DNA of 64,000 bases from an uncultured Gemmatimonadaceae bacterium (GCA_963781585.1 CAWAGQ010000004.1:576001-640000), one strand, 5' to 3'. Counted from the first letter of the stretch, positions 51,042-62,485 are shown. The notes: generated by a model from the letters alone, not told the origin. Translations and numbers: made by a program.

Positions 51042-51664
51042 AGGCCGGATCGGGTCTGTTGCACCGAGTTGCCGAACGGTTCGGACAGCTCGTCGATCGT
51101 CGGCGGCGGGATGTAGAGTCGGCTGGACGGATCCGGTTCCATCTCGTTCCGAAGCGTCCGATCTGTCATTCGCTCGCGCTTCACCTTCTCCTGCAGCATC
51201 AGGATGCCGTAGATCAGCCCCTCGGGGCGCGGAGGGCAGCCCGGCACGTAGACGTCCACCGGGACGATCGTATCGATACCCTGCACGACCGCGTAGTTGT
51301 CGAACATGCCGCCTGACGAGGCGCACGCTCCCATCGAAATGCACCACTTGGGCTGCGGCATCTGCTGCCAGATGCGACGCAGAACCGGCGCGAGCTTGAA
51401 CGGCACCCGGCCCGCGCAAATGAACACGTCCGCCTGTCGCGGCGAGAACGACATCCGCTCCATGCCGAAACGGGCCAGGTCGAACTTGCTCGCGGCGGTG
51501 GCCATGAATTCGATTGCGCAACAGGCGGTGCCGAAAGGCATCGGCCACAGCGAGTTGGCGCGCGCCCAGTTCACCAGGAAGTCCAACCGGGTGGTAACCC
51601 ACCCCTGCTGGCTCGGCGGTTCGACGATCGCCCGCGATCCGTCGGGCTGCGCCGTCAGTCCCAC
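51038..51664 (-). CDS. nuoB: NADH-quinone oxidoreductase subunit B
   Basis: [29 protein letters not shown]. Confidence 0.95.
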   Translation of the reverse strand: MGLTAQPDGSRAIVEPPSQQGWVTTRLDFLVNWARANSLWPMPFGTACCAIEFMATAASKFDLARFGMERMSFSPRQADVFICAGRVPFKLAPVLRRIWQQMPQPKWCISMGACASSGGMFDNYAVVQGIDTIVPVDVYVPGCPPRPEGLIYGILMLQEKVKRERMTDRTLRNEMEPDPSSRLYIPPPTIDELSEPFGNSVQQTRSGL

Positions 51665-52059
51665 TGCAATGCCCCCTTCTTCCACACGTACACGAATCCG
51701 ACGAGCAGAATCACGATGAACACCAGCATCTCTCCGAACCCGAAAAATGAGACCTGCCCCGGCGGACAGGCGCCACCGGTGAGCGGGACTCCGCAGGAGA
51801 GCTGGCGATAGTACACACCCCACGGGATCATGAACATGGTCTCGATGTCGAAGATGATGAACAACATCGCCACCATGTAGAACTTCACCGAGAACCGCTC
51901 GCGCGCATCGCCGATCGGGGGGATGCCGGATTCGTACGGCGTATCCTTGACCGGCGTGGGACGATGCCGGAGCGTGAGGTGCGACAGCGCAACCATCCCC
52001 ACCGCGTTCACGATCACGAACCCCAGCAGAAACAGTATGGGCAGGTAGGTGCGATCCAT
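51655..52059 (-). CDS. nuoA: NADH-quinone oxidoreductase subunit A
   Basis: [21 protein letters not shown]. Confidence 0.95.
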   Translation of the reverse strand: MDRTYLPILFLLGFVIVNAVGMVALSHLTLRHRPTPVKDTPYESGIPPIGDARERFSVKFYMVAMLFIIFDIETMFMIPWGVYYRQLSCGVPLTGGACPPGQVSFFGFGEMLVFIVILLVGFVYVWKKGALQWD

Positions 52060-52073
52060 CGCCCTCGGTGCTC

Positions 52074-52087
52074 GTGAAAAATTTCAC
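52074..52087. promoter_or_regulatory. Palindromic operator GTGAA-N4-TTCAC (Rex-like)
   Basis: GTGAAAAATTTCAC, 14 bp upstream of the nuoA ATG and downstream of the predicted promoter. Confidence 0.6.
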
Positions 52088-52102
52088 TTGCGCAACTCGT
52101 TG

Positions 52103-52132
52103 AAACTATCTTGCGTTGCGAGAGAGTGTCAA
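52103..52132 (-). promoter_or_regulatory. sigma70-type promoter of the nuo operon
   Basis: TTGACA-N18-TAGTTT on the minus strand. Confidence 0.55.
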
Positions 52133-52436
52133 CGGAGAGGACCGCCTGTACGGCGACAGCGATTCGTCCTCGCGCCGTGGCTTCCGGGCGCGTCACCGCG
52201 CTCGGCGAAATCACCTCGGTGGGTCAGCGGTTGCCTTCGGGTGGGACCCGCCCCGAATGTCGCCTCGCTCACGCGGTGCGCATGGTTCGTCGCGAGAGTC
52301 CACAGCCGCCGCGCACGGAGTTACCTTAGGCGCTGCCGCGGAGCGGGCAGAACGGTTGCGCGCCTTCCGGAGCTCTCGAACAGGAGTATCGCGGCGTTAC
52401 CCTTTGGCCTCCGGCCCATGGCCTCAGCCCCACCCC

Positions 52437-52991
52437 ATGTCGATTCAGAACGACCGCTGGATCATCGAGATGGCGACGCACCAGGGGATGATCGATCCCT
52501 TTGAGCAGTGTCAGGTGCGGCAGGGCGTCATTTCGTATGGGGTCAGCTCGTATGGGTACGACATGCGCGTGGCGAGTGAGTTCCGCATCTTCACCAACGT
52601 CCTCAGCTCGGTCGTTGACCCCAAGAATTTCGATCCGCGATCGTTCGTGGAGTTCGAGGGGGACGTGTGCATCGTGCCCCCCAATTCGTTCGCGCTGGCT
52701 CGTTCGGTGGAGTATTTCCGCATTCCGCGCGACGTGGTGACCATCACCGTGGGCAAGTCGACCTACGCGCGCTGCGGGATCATTACCAATGTCACGCCCT
52801 TCGAGCCGGAGTGGGAGGGATACGTGACCCTGGAGATCTCAAATACCACCCCGCTTCCCGCCAAGATCTACGCGAACGAGGGGATCGCTCAGGTGCTCTT
52901 CTTCCGGGGTGAGGAGGCGCCTGCCGTGTCGTACAAGGACAAGAAGGGCAAGTATCAGGGCCAGAAGGGTGTCACCCTCCCCAAGCTCTGA
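52437..52991 (+). CDS. dcd: dCTP deaminase
   Basis: [33 protein letters not shown]. Confidence 0.95.
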   Translation: MSIQNDRWIIEMATHQGMIDPFEQCQVRQGVISYGVSSYGYDMRVASEFRIFTNVLSSVVDPKNFDPRSFVEFEGDVCIVPPNSFALARSVEYFRIPRDVVTITVGKSTYARCGIITNVTPFEPEWEGYVTLEISNTTPLPAKIYANEGIAQVLFFRGEEAPAVSYKDKKGKYQGQKGVTLPKL

Positions 52992-53390
52992 TCCAGCGGT
53001 TGGCGAGCCCTGTTCGTCTGGCGCCGGGGGTGCTTGCGCGGTATGATCTGGTCCGACAGGCACCGCCGGTAAAGCGGAGCTTTTCGGATAGTGCGGTGTG
53101 GTGTGTCAAGGAGTGCTTTGCTTTCAGGCCGGCCGCCTCGGGTTGACTGGCCGGCCAGCCGTGACCAACCGACGGTCCGCTGTCAGCGCAAAAATCGTCT
53201 CTGCAGCGCAATTCCCTGTTGCGCCGAAGGTTGCCACGATTCAGAATTGTCGCGCGTATGACTTGACGTCGTTAGTGAGGCTCGCTGCAGCCAGATCCTT
53301 GTGGCCCCCATTCAGCCGGAGCGCGCACGAAGACAGCTGCTGTCCGGACGATACGCGCAACGGCGGTCCCGCTATGAAACGGAGGTGTAC

Positions 53391-53942
53391 ATGAAGCGAC
53401 TCGTAAGCTGCTGCTCAGTGCTGGCCGTGCTGGTCCTTGTGTCGAGTACCGCAAACGCGCAGCGGAGTCTCACCGGAATGGTCGGGTTGGGCGCGGACAT
53501 TGCCACAACCGATTACAAAGACGCCGACAGCGCGAAGACCGGATACCAGCTCATGGCCGGCTTGGAATGTCCACTCATCGGCAGCCACGCCTCGCTCCGC
53601 GTCGACGGCATGGTCGGATGGAACGCCCGCATGACGGAGTTTCGTGAAAGCACCTATCTGGCGAATGGCAACCTCCATCTGGTGCTCTGGATTCCGCTCA
53701 ACATGCCGTCGTTCCGGCCATACCTGATTGGCGGCGCCGGACTGATGTACAACAAGTACAATCCGGGCCAGACGGTCCATCACGCGCACTCGAAGACCGA
53801 GGCCGTGTACGGCGGTGGCGCCGGTGCCGAGATCGGAATTGCTGGCGTGAGAGCCTTCGTCGAGGGCAGGTACGACTACGGCGCCGACCTCACGCGCATC
53901 ATCCCCATTATCGTCGGCCTTAGGTTCAACAGCGGTTCCTGA
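53391..53942 (+). CDS. Small outer-membrane beta-barrel protein
   Basis: GGAGG RBS; signal peptide ending in ANA; RPYLIGGAG, FVEGRY, VGLRF strands. Confidence 0.75.
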   Translation: MKRLVSCCSVLAVLVLVSSTANAQRSLTGMVGLGADIATTDYKDADSAKTGYQLMAGLECPLIGSHASLRVDGMVGWNARMTEFRESTYLANGNLHLVLWIPLNMPSFRPYLIGGAGLMYNKYNPGQTVHHAHSKTEAVYGGGAGAEIGIAGVRAFVEGRYDYGADLTRIIPIIVGLRFNSGS

Positions 53943-53970
53943 TCGTCGCTTCGGCTCCGCAAATCTTCCG

Positions 53971-54002
53971 GGCCCCACCCAGCAGGGTGGGGCCTGCTGT
54001 TT
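53971..54002 (+). terminator. Probable intrinsic terminator hairpin between convergent genes
   Basis: Perfect 10-bp stem GGCCCCACCC-AGCA-GGGTGGGGCC followed by TGCTGTTT. Confidence 0.6.
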
Positions 54003-54098
54003 CGCCGTACGGGCTCGGACCCGGGAGTTGGACGGCACCCAGCCCGGGGCGCTGGGCGTCCGCGTGCGTGACTCGAGTTCCCGCGTTCGGAGGCCCTG

Positions 54099-54875
54099 TC
54101 AGCCCCGAGGCGTGGCGGAGTCAGTCTCCGGCGGTGAGAACAGCATCGCCGTCCAGTAGTCGCGGTTCATGCGGGCGATGACGTCGATCGAGATCTCCTT
54201 CGGGCACGCCTCCTGGCACTCGCCAAACAGCGTGCAGCTCCCGAAGTGCTCCAGATCCATCTGCGACACCATCCCCAGGACGCGTCGCTCGCGCTCGGGC
54301 TGCCCCTGAGGCAGGGTGCCGAGGTGCGAAATCTTGGCCGCTGTGAAGAGCGACGCGGAGCCGTTGGGGCAGGCCGCCACGCAGGCGCCGCACCCGATGC
54401 ACGCGGCCGCGTCCATCGCCCGGTCGGCGTCGACCTTGGACACCGGCAGCGCGTTCGCGTCGGGAGCGCTTCCCGTGTTGACGGAGATGAACCCTCCGGC
54501 CTGAACGACCCGGTCCAGCGCCTCGCGGTTCACGCAGAGATCTTTCAACAGCGGGAACGCGCGGGCGCGCCACGGTTCCACGCTGATCGATGCGCCGTCG
54601 GCGAAGCTGCGCAGGTGGAGCTGGCAGGTGGCCGTTCCCTTCATCGGGCCGTGCGCGACACCATTGATCATCACCCCGCACATGCCGCAAATGCCTTCCC
54701 GGCAGTCCGAGTCGAAGGCGATGGGCTCTTCGCCTTTTTCGGCAAGCCCCTCGTTCACGACGTCGAGCAGTTCCAGGAACGACATGTCGGTGCTCACGTC
54801 GCGCACGTCGTATTGCACGAATCGACCCGGCGCGTCGGGGCCGGCCTGTCGCCACACTCTGAGCGTGAGATTCAT
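54099..54875 (-). CDS. sdhB: Succinate dehydrogenase/fumarate reductase Fe-S subunit
   Basis: [34 protein letters not shown]. Confidence 0.93.
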   Translation of the reverse strand: MNLTLRVWRQAGPDAPGRFVQYDVRDVSTDMSFLELLDVVNEGLAEKGEEPIAFDSDCREGICGMCGVMINGVAHGPMKGTATCQLHLRSFADGASISVEPWRARAFPLLKDLCVNREALDRVVQAGGFISVNTGSAPDANALPVSKVDADRAMDAAACIGCGACVAACPNGSASLFTAAKISHLGTLPQGQPERERRVLGMVSQMDLEHFGSCTLFGECQEACPKEISIDVIARMNRDYWTAMLFSPPETDSATPRG

Positions 54876-54894
54876 GCGCGCCCGTCCGCGAGGC

Positions 54895-56805
54895 TCACTT
54901 GTAGCTCCTGGTGGCGAGGTGCACGTTCTCGAACGCCAGGTGCTCCCGGTGGAGCCGGGGTGGCGCATCTCCCGCGTACTCCCACGCTGCGACGTAGCAG
55001 AAGTGCTCGTCGTCGCGACGCGCTTCGCCGTCGGCAGTCTGGAATTCGGTGCGAAAGTGACCGCCGCAGGATTCCTCGCGGTGGAGGGCGTCGCGGCACA
55101 GGAGCTCCCCCAGCTCGAGAAAGTCAGCGACCCGGCCGGCGTACTCGAGAGACTGGTTGAGCTCCGCCCCGCTGCCGGGGACCATGACGTTGCGCCAGAA
55201 CTCCTCCCGCAGTGCGGGAATCTCCTGCAGCGCCGACTCGAGTCCCGCGGCGTCGCGGGCCATGCCGCACTTGTCCCACAGGATCGCGCCCAGCTGGCGA
55301 TGGAACGAATGCACGGTGCGCGTGCCGCGGGTGCCTAACAAGCGCTGGAGGCGTTGCGCCACGTCGGCCTCGGCGGCGGCCACCGCTGGATGGTCGCCGG
55401 AAAGGGGCTCGAGGGCCGACGTGGCGAGGTAGTGACCAATGGTATACGGAATGACGAAGTATCCGTCCGCCAGCCCCTGCATCAGCGCGCTGGCCCCGAG
55501 CCGGTTGGCGCCGTGGTCCGAGAAATTCGCCTCGCCCAGCACGTGCAGGCCGGGGATGGTGCTCATCAGGTTGTAGTCCACCCACAGCCCGCCCATCGTG
55601 TAGTGCACCGCGGGATAGATGCGCATCGGCACCCGATACGGGTTCTCGCCGGTGATGCGCTCGTACATCTCGAACAGGTTGCCGTAGCGCTCAGCGATGG
55701 TGGCCTCACCGAGCCGACGGATGGCGTCGGCGAAGTCGAGGTATACCCCCTTCCCGCCCGGGCCCACGCCACGCCCTTCGTCACACACCTCCTTTGCCGC
55801 GCGCGAGGCGATGTCGCGCGGCGAGAGATTCCCGAAGCTCGGATACTTCCGCTCCAGGTAGTAGTCGCGCTCCGCCTCAGGAATCTCGTCCGGCGGCCGG
55901 TGGTCGCCCTCGCGCTTCGGTACCCACACGCGCCCGTCGTTGCGAAGCGACTCGGACATCAGCGTCAGCTTCGATTGGTGGTGTCCGCTCTGCGGAATAC
56001 AGGTGGGGTGGATCTGTGTAAAGCAGGGGTTCGCGAAGGCGGCGCCGCGCTTGTAGGCGCGCCAGATGGCGGTCGCATTGCATCCCTTCGCGTTCGTCGA
56101 CAGGTGGAAGACATTGCCGTAGCCGCCGGTCGCCAGGATCACCGCGTGTCCCAGATGCGACGACACCTGCCCCGTAACGAGATCCCGTGCGACGATCCCC
56201 CGGGCCCGACCGTCCACCACGATCAGGTCCAGCATTTCCCTGCGCGGGTGCATCGAGACCCCGCCGCGCGCGATCTCCTTGGCCAGCGCCTGGTAGGCGC
56301 CCAGCAGCAGCTGCTGACCTGTCTGTCCGCGCGCGTAAAACGTGCGCGAGACTTGCGCGCCGCCGAACGACCGATTGGCCAGGACGCCGCCGTACTCGCG
56401 GGCGAACGGCACCCCCTGGGCCACGCACTGGTCGATGATCGACAGGGACAATTGCGCCAACCGATAGACGTTGGACTCGCGCGACCGGAAATCGCCCCCC
56501 TTGATCGTGTCGTAGAACAGGCGCCAGACGCTGTCGCCGTCATTCTGGTAGTTCTTGGCGGCGTTGATCCCGCCCTGTGCCGCGATGCTGTGGGCCCGCC
56601 GGGGCGAGTCCTGGAAGCAGAAGCACGACACCTGGTACCCCAGCTCCGAAAGCGACGCGGCGGCCGACGCGCCCGCGAGCCCCGAACCGACCACCACCAC
56701 GTGGTATTTTCGCTTGTTCGCCGGGCTCACCAGCTTCATCTCGTGCCGATGTCGGTCCCACTTCTCGGCCAGCGGCCCGGTCGGGCTCCGCGCCAGCAGC
56801 TCCAT
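54895..56805 (-). CDS. sdhA: Succinate dehydrogenase/fumarate reductase flavoprotein
   Basis: [34 protein letters not shown]. Confidence 0.95.
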   Translation of the reverse strand: MELLARSPTGPLAEKWDRHRHEMKLVSPANKRKYHVVVVGSGLAGASAAASLSELGYQVSCFCFQDSPRRAHSIAAQGGINAAKNYQNDGDSVWRLFYDTIKGGDFRSRESNVYRLAQLSLSIIDQCVAQGVPFAREYGGVLANRSFGGAQVSRTFYARGQTGQQLLLGAYQALAKEIARGGVSMHPRREMLDLIVVDGRARGIVARDLVTGQVSSHLGHAVILATGGYGNVFHLSTNAKGCNATAIWRAYKRGAAFANPCFTQIHPTCIPQSGHHQSKLTLMSESLRNDGRVWVPKREGDHRPPDEIPEAERDYYLERKYPSFGNLSPRDIASRAAKEVCDEGRGVGPGGKGVYLDFADAIRRLGEATIAERYGNLFEMYERITGENPYRVPMRIYPAVHYTMGGLWVDYNLMSTIPGLHVLGEANFSDHGANRLGASALMQGLADGYFVIPYTIGHYLATSALEPLSGDHPAVAAAEADVAQRLQRLLGTRGTRTVHSFHRQLGAILWDKCGMARDAAGLESALQEIPALREEFWRNVMVPGSGAELNQSLEYAGRVADFLELGELLCRDALHREESCGGHFRTEFQTADGEARRDDEHFCYVAAWEYAGDAPPRLHREHLAFENVHLATRSYK

Positions 56806-56812
56806 GGGCGGC

Positions 56813-57544
56813 CTAACGGTGCGCGGAGGCCATCACCCCCGCCTGCGACCGTCCGATGACGCCGCCCGCCACCGCCAGAGGCACCAGAGAGAACGCCAGC
56901 CACAGCGCCACTGCCAGCAGCGTGACGAACGGCCGCGAGAACGGGTTCCGCCGCGCGCGCGACAGCCCCAGGGTGCGGATGGCGCTCCAGGCGCCGTGAT
57001 ACAGGTGGAGTCCCACCACCACCATCATCGTCAGGTAGAACACCACCATCACCGGTTGGGTGGTGAAGGCCAGGACCACGTTGCCGTACGGATTCCCGGC
57101 CGCGAATCCCGGCAGCAGCTGGCCGCCGGTGAAGTGGAGCAGGTGAATCACGACGAACAACGCCAGCAGGACCGACAGCCAGCGGATGCTGCGTGAGGCA
57201 AAGGTCGCGATCTGCTTCTCGGCGCGATCGTACGCGACCGGACGCGCCAGGCGGCTGGAACGCGCGAGTTGCGTTGCGGCCGTGGCGTGCAGCAGGACCG
57301 ACGCGAGCAGCACGATGCGCGCAGGCCAGAGAATCTCCGGCGTCGCGTGGAGGAATCGGGAGTAGGCGTTGAGCTCCGCCGGCCCGAGGAACGCGAGCAG
57401 ATTGGCCGCCGCGTGGGTGACCAGAAAGCCCACCATGATCAGACCGGTGGCCGCCATGACGATCTTCTTGCCGACCGTCGACGCCCAGAATCGGGCCAGG
57501 CGGCCAGCCGGCGCCGCCACGGGCGTGGTGGCGGCGGCTGTCAC
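56813..57544 (-). CDS. sdhC: Succinate dehydrogenase cytochrome b subunit (single five-TM anchor type)
   Basis: [33 protein letters not shown] start inferred. Confidence 0.88.
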   Translation of the reverse strand: MTAAATTPVAAPAGRLARFWASTVGKKIVMAATGLIMVGFLVTHAAANLLAFLGPAELNAYSRFLHATPEILWPARIVLLASVLLHATAATQLARSSRLARPVAYDRAEKQIATFASRSIRWLSVLLALFVVIHLLHFTGGQLLPGFAAGNPYGNVVLAFTTQPVMVVFYLTMMVVVGLHLYHGAWSAIRTLGLSRARRNPFSRPFVTLLAVALWLAFSLVPLAVAGGVIGRSQAGVMASAHR

Positions 57545-57606
57545 GGCGCGATCGCCGGCACGCTCGCGCCCATCGTCAGGCGCCCGCCGGTGCTCCGGCC
57601 CCTGGC

Positions 57607-58536
57607 CTAGACATTCAGCTTGGCCATCGGTTCCCGCACCGCTTCGGCGCTCCTGCCTAACGCCACGCGCTCGGCGGAGGTCAGTTCCACCTCGATGACC
57701 TGTTCCAGGCCCCGACGCCCGAGCTTGCACGGCACGCCGAGGAACAGGCCGGACAGCCCGTATTCCCCTTCCAGCCACGCCGAGCACGGGAGCACCCGCT
57801 TCTGATCGAACACGATCGCTTCCGCCATCTGCACCGCCGCCGCCGATGGCGCGTAGTAGGCCGATCCGGTCTTCAGGTACTGGACGATTTCGGCGCCGCC
57901 GCCTCGCGTCCGCTCCAGGATCTTGTCGAGGGCGGCGCGGTCGATCAACTGCGTCACCGGGATCCCGCTCACGCACGTATACGACACGAGCGGTACCATC
58001 GTGTCCCCGTGACCGCCCAGCACCATCGCCTGGATGTCCCGCACCGATACGTCCAGCGCCTCGGCCAGAAACGCCCGGTACCGGGACGAGTCCAGCACCC
58101 CCGCCATCCCCACCACCCGCTGCCGCGGAAATCCGCTTGCCTTCTTCGCCACGTAGCACATCACGTCCAGCGGATTGGACACGATGATCAGAATCGCGTT
58201 CGGTGAGGTGCGCGCCACCTGTTCGGCGACCCCCTTTACGATGCCGGCGTTGGTGTTCATCAGGTCGTCGCGCGACATGCCCGGCTTCCGCGCAATCCCG
58301 GCGGTGATGATCACCAGATCCGAACCCTCGGTCTCGGCATACCCGTTGGTCCCGATCAGCCGCGTGTCGAAGCCCTCGATCGGCGCGGTCTCCCACTGAT
58401 CGAGTCCCTTCCCCTGCGGGATCCCGTCTACGATATCCACCAGGACGACTCTCCTGGCGAGCTCCTTCTCGGCAAGTCGCTGTGTCGTTGTCGCGCCCAC
58501 GTTTCCGGCGCCGACGACCGTTATGAGATTGACCAT
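57607..58536 (-). CDS. mdh: Malate dehydrogenase (LDH-like)
   Basis: [34 protein letters not shown]. Confidence 0.95.
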   Translation of the reverse strand: MVNLITVVGAGNVGATTTQRLAEKELARRVVLVDIVDGIPQGKGLDQWETAPIEGFDTRLIGTNGYAETEGSDLVIITAGIARKPGMSRDDLMNTNAGIVKGVAEQVARTSPNAILIIVSNPLDVMCYVAKKASGFPRQRVVGMAGVLDSSRYRAFLAEALDVSVRDIQAMVLGGHGDTMVPLVSYTCVSGIPVTQLIDRAALDKILERTRGGGAEIVQYLKTGSAYYAPSAAAVQMAEAIVFDQKRVLPCSAWLEGEYGLSGLFLGVPCKLGRRGLEQVIEVELTSAERVALGRSAEAVREPMAKLNV

Positions 58537-58693
58537 GAATGCGGTGAGGTGCGGATGATTGACGGCCGTGCAAAGTTAGCCGCGCGCCAAACCCCCTTCA
58601 ACTCGACGCGCCACGATCGCGCGGCGCGCGCGATCCGTCCGTCAGCGACTTTCGGACAGCCGCGTCAGCGGTTCCACAGAGGCGTGCGCCTCG

Positions 58694-59683
58694 CTAGCCG
58701 CCAACCTGCGACAGTGCGCGCAGGCCGCCGACTTTCATCTGCAGCAGCTGATGCTCCTTCGGCTTTTCCGCCAGCGCGAGCCGGAAGAGCGGCTCCAGCG
58801 CGTCGCCGCGGCGCAGCGGGTCTCGCAGGTTCACCTCATGGTCGCCATACAGGCAGGTCCGCAGTCGCCCGTCGGCTGTCAGGCGCACGCGATTGCACGA
58901 CCCGCAGTAGGTGTGTGTCATGGGCGTAATCATGCCCACGGTCCCTGGCGCCCCGTCGATGCGGTAGTACCTGGCCGGTCCGTTTCCCCGCGCAGGGCCG
59001 CTATCCGCGCGCAACGTGCCAAGCGCGGCAATCCGGTCCAGGACCTCGTCGCTCGGAACGACGTGCTCCCACGTGAGGTCGCGCATCTCGCCGACCGGCA
59101 TCAGTTCGATATACCGCACGTGCCACGGGTGCTGGAGCGTGAGCCGCGCGAAATCCAGCACTTCGTCGTCGTTGATGCCCCGCATCACTACCATGTTGAT
59201 CTTGACCGGCGCCAGGCCGGCCGCACTGGCCGCTGTAGCGGCCTCGGTGGGCGCGAAACCCAGGTTGCGGCGTGCGATGCGGGCGATGCGCTCCGGTCGC
59301 AGACTGTCGGCGCTCATGTTGACGCGGTCCAGGCCGGCGTCGTGCAGCATCGCGGCCATCTGCGGGAGGCGCACCCCGTTGGTCGAGAGGGAAATGTCTT
59401 CGATGTCCGGCACGGCGCGCAGCAGTCGCACCAGCTGCTCCAGGTTCGGGCGGATGGTCGGTTCTCCCCCCGTCAACCGGACCCGTCTGAGCCCCAGTGG
59501 CGCCAGCTGCCTAACGACTTCCGCGATCTCCTCGTACGACAGGATCTCCGCCTTCGGCAGCCACTGCAGTCCCTCCAGCGGCATGCAGTAGACGCAGCGG
59601 AAATTGCAGCGATCGGTCACCGAGATCCGGAGATACTCGATGCTCCGCCCCCACTGATCCTGCAGCACCGTGCGCTCCGTCAC
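58694..59683 (-). CDS. moaA: GTP 3',8-cyclase
   Basis: YLRISVTDRCNFRCVYCMP, CGSCNRVRLT..CL, C-terminal GG. Confidence 0.95.
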   Translation of the reverse strand: MTERTVLQDQWGRSIEYLRISVTDRCNFRCVYCMPLEGLQWLPKAEILSYEEIAEVVRQLAPLGLRRVRLTGGEPTIRPNLEQLVRLLRAVPDIEDISLSTNGVRLPQMAAMLHDAGLDRVNMSADSLRPERIARIARRNLGFAPTEAATAASAAGLAPVKINMVVMRGINDDEVLDFARLTLQHPWHVRYIELMPVGEMRDLTWEHVVPSDEVLDRIAALGTLRADSGPARGNGPARYYRIDGAPGTVGMITPMTHTYCGSCNRVRLTADGRLRTCLYGDHEVNLRDPLRRGDALEPLFRLALAEKPKEHQLLQMKVGGLRALSQVGG

Positions 59684-60120
59684 GGCGATACCCCCGCTCC
59701 GTGCCGGGTGGGGTCGATCCATTCGCGCGTGCCGTCCACGTAGTGCTCGCGTTTCCAGATCGGCACCCGCTGCTTCAGCTCCTCGATGACGTAGCGCTGC
59801 GCATCCAGCACCGGTGCGCGGTGCCCGTGCGCCACGGCGATCGCCACGCTCACGTCGCCAAGCGCCAGCTCGCCCACGCGATGCTCCACCGCCAGCCTCC
59901 GGATGCCGAATCGGGCGGCCGCCTCGTCGGCGATGCGCCGCAGCTCCTTGCCGGCCATCGCGTCGTAGGCCGAATACTCGATGCCGCTCACCGCCCTCCC
60001 CTCATTGTGTGCGCGCACCGTGCCCAGGAACAGCGACACCGCTCCGCAGTCATCGCTTGCCACAAGCCGCAGCAGCGCCGGCGGGTCGATCGCCTCGCGG
60101 GTCAGGCGCACCCAGATCAT
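59680..60120 (-). CDS. moaE: Molybdopterin synthase catalytic subunit
   Basis: FLGTVR, HRVG, LKQRVPIWKRE. Confidence 0.93.
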   Translation of the reverse strand: MIWVRLTREAIDPPALLRLVASDDCGAVSLFLGTVRAHNEGRAVSGIEYSAYDAMAGKELRRIADEAAARFGIRRLAVEHRVGELALGDVSVAIAVAHGHRAPVLDAQRYVIEELKQRVPIWKREHYVDGTREWIDPTRHGAGVSP

Positions 60121-60359
60121 CCGCCCGCCACCGGTGGAATGATCGCGACCTCGTCTCCGTCGGCAAGCACTTGCATGGCTGAGGCATACGTGGCGTTGAC
60201 CGCGGTCAGTGGCGACGGCGGAAGCGCCTGCACGACACTCATGGTCCGAATTCGGTCCACGAGGTCGCCGACCCGAGTTCCCCTCGGAACGTCGAGCGAA
60301 ACCTCATCCTTGCCGAACGCCTCGGCATAACTGGCGAAGAGCAGTACGCGCACGGTCAT
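60117..60359 (-). CDS. moaD: Molybdopterin synthase sulfur carrier
   Basis: VLLFA, AVN, GDEVAIIPPVAGG. Confidence 0.92.
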   Translation of the reverse strand: MTVRVLLFASYAEAFGKDEVSLDVPRGTRVGDLVDRIRTMSVVQALPPSPLTAVNATYASAMQVLADGDEVAIIPPVAGG

Positions 60360-60534
60360 CAGCATTACCGGAGAATATAGGGGCAGGCGGGTCAGAGGGG
60401 CCGCTTCAACGGGCGACAGAGCGAAGTTGCACTCAAGGTGCCCAATCGAAAGCCCCGGCAATCACTTGACCGGGGCATGCCCAGAAATCGCTCTCCCACT
60501 CCGGGTGTCGCGCTACGCGGTCGGGAGTGCCGCG

Positions 60535-60855
60535 CTACTCGGGGACCCCCGATGGCGGGACGAGGTCGGCAACCATCGCTCTCAGCTCCTTGGACGGCTT
60601 GAAGACCGGTACGGGCCTGGCCGAAACCTCTACCGGGGAACCAGTTCTGGGATTCCGCGCCATCCGCGTCTTGCGGTGTCGGATCTTGAACGTGCCGAAG
60701 CCCCGGACCTCGATGTTCTTCTGCGCGTGCAGCGCCTCCTTTACCGCATCCAGAAAAGCGTCGACGACGCGAGCGCAGTCCTTCTTGGAGATCATCGGAC
60801 CGGCGGTGCGCGAGATTTGTTGCGTGACTCGCTCGACGAGGTCGGCTTTGGTCAT
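60535..60855 (-). CDS. HU/IHF family DNA-binding protein
   Basis: MTKADLV, IEVRGFGTF, ARNPRTG, FKPSKEL. Confidence 0.93.
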   Translation of the reverse strand: MTKADLVERVTQQISRTAGPMISKKDCARVVDAFLDAVKEALHAQKNIEVRGFGTFKIRHRKTRMARNPRTGSPVEVSARPVPVFKPSKELRAMVADLVPPSGVPE

Positions 60856-60908
60856 TGCGTAGCCTCTGCGGAGAACCAGGGCGGCCCAACGCCTGAAACG
60901 TGCGGTCG

Positions 60909-60937
60909 AAATTAGACCGTTACCTATTGTGTGTCAA
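60909..60937 (-). promoter_or_regulatory. sigma70-type promoter of the HU/IHF gene
   Basis: TTGACA-N17-TAATTT; the -35 overlaps the carA stop codon. Confidence 0.65.
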
Positions 60938-62070
60938 GCGGTTGGCCCACCTTGCCGTACGCGGCTTCGAACCGATTTGAGAAACTGCGTGAAGAGCGGG
61001 CGCGCGTCGTGCGGCCCCGGTGCAGCCTCCGGATGGTACTGCACGGCGAAGACGGGAAGCCGTCGGTGTCGGAGTCCCTCAACCGTGCCGTCATTCAGGT
61101 TCAGATGCGTGACTTCCAGATCCCGAGCCCCCGGAATGCCATCCGCGTCGCCTCGAACCGCAAATCCGTGATTCTGCGAGGTGATCAATACCCGACCACT
61201 GCTGAGTTCGCGAACGGGATGGTTACCGCCATGATGCCCGTACGGCAGTTTCACCGTGGATCCGCCGAAGGTGATCCCGAGCAGCTGGTGCCCCAGGCAA
61301 ATGCCGAACACGGGGACTTCACGCTCGGCGATCGTCCGAATGGCGGCTGGAGCATAGTGAACTGCGGCTGGATCCCCCGGGCCGTTGGAGAAGAACACGC
61401 CGTCGGGATCCCGCTCGAGAACAGCGTCCGCGGGTGTGGTTGATGGAACGACCGTCACTCGGCAGTCCTGCGCGTCGAACAGGCGGAGGATGTTCCGCTT
61501 GATGCCGTAGTCGTAGGCGACGATGTGGTGCTGCGCCTCCGGGCGGCCCCACGTGTATGCGTCCTTCGTGGACACGATGCTCGCCAGGTCGAGGCCTTCC
61601 ATGCTCGGACACGCCGCCAGTGCGGCGCGCGCTTCGTCGGTGGGCTCCGCACCCGAACCAATCGCCCCGCGCATGGCGCCCGCGGACCGGAGGTGTCTGG
61701 TGAGCATTCGCGTGTCCACACCGTCGAGCACCGGGACCCGCGACGCGTCGAGCCACGAGGCCAGGTCGGCGTCAGCGCGCCAGTTCGAATACGTGCGGGA
61801 GAGTTCGCGTACCACCACCCCCGCGACCTGCGGTCCCTGCGATTCCGGATCCTCGTCGTTCACCCCGTAGTTCCCGATCATCGGCGCCGTCATGACGACG
61901 ATCTGTCCATTGTATGAGGGGTCGGTGAAGACTTCCTGGTATCCGGTCATGTTCGTTGTGAACACGACTTCGGCGACGGTCGCCGGCGTGTCGCCGACGA
62001 GGCGTCCACGGAAAAGGGTTCCATCCTCGAGGAGGAGGAACCCCGGTCGCTGGCTGCGCAGGAGACTCAC
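60934..62070 (-). CDS. carA: Carbamoyl-phosphate synthase small subunit
   Basis: LLLEDG, GYQEVFTDPSY, SNGPGDP, GICLGHQ, SQNHGF, QYHPE. Confidence 0.95.
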   Translation of the reverse strand: MSLLRSQRPGFLLLEDGTLFRGRLVGDTPATVAEVVFTTNMTGYQEVFTDPSYNGQIVVMTAPMIGNYGVNDEDPESQGPQVAGVVVRELSRTYSNWRADADLASWLDASRVPVLDGVDTRMLTRHLRSAGAMRGAIGSGAEPTDEARAALAACPSMEGLDLASIVSTKDAYTWGRPEAQHHIVAYDYGIKRNILRLFDAQDCRVTVVPSTTPADAVLERDPDGVFFSNGPGDPAAVHYAPAAIRTIAEREVPVFGICLGHQLLGITFGGSTVKLPYGHHGGNHPVRELSSGRVLITSQNHGFAVRGDADGIPGARDLEVTHLNLNDGTVEGLRHRRLPVFAVQYHPEAAPGPHDARPLFTQFLKSVRSRVRQGGPTA

Positions 62071-62080
62071 CAGCGCGTCG

Positions 62081-62485
62081 TCAGGGCTTCTTGGTCCCGC
62101 CCGCGCCTCCGCCGGCGGGGGGTGGCGGCGGGGCCTTCCCGGCCGGTTCGAGCGGCACGGCGGGCGCTGTCTGTGCGGGAGGAACACCCTGCTGGGTGGC
62201 CGGCGCCGACGGTGAGGCAGGCTGGTCGAGAATCGACCGGGGCGTCCGCGTATGCGTGGACAGGATCTGCAGGACGAACGAAAGTCCCAGGAAAATGCCG
62301 CCCGCCCACCATGTGGCCTTGGTCAGCACATTGCCGGCCTGACGGGTGCCGATCAGGGCATCGGCTGCCGTGGTGACGCCGCCGAAACTGGCGGCCAGTC
62401 CTCCTCCCTTTGCCGATTGCAGGAGGATCGCGCCGACCAGCACCAGGCTGTCGAGAATCAGTATGACGAGCAGGAATGTGTACAT
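62081..62485 (-). CDS. secG: Preprotein translocase subunit SecG
   Basis: ILLQSAKGGGLAASFGG, LTKATW; follows tpiA. Confidence 0.92.
   Translation of the reverse strand: MYTFLLVILILDSLVLVGAILLQSAKGGGLAASFGGVTTAADALIGTRQAGNVLTKATWWAGGIFLGLSFVLQILSTHTRTPRSILDQPASPSAPATQQGVPPAQTAPAVPLEPAGKAPPPPPAGGGAGGTKKP

Noticed and set aside
53200..53390. Glycine or c-di-GMP riboswitch upstream of the beta-barrel gene (GCCGAAGG present)
   Set aside because: The other conserved aptamer elements could not be found by eye.
57541..57573. Mini-ORF ending on the sdhC start
   Set aside because: The TGA is an automatic by-product of the GTG-A start, and there is no coupling to the mdh stop.
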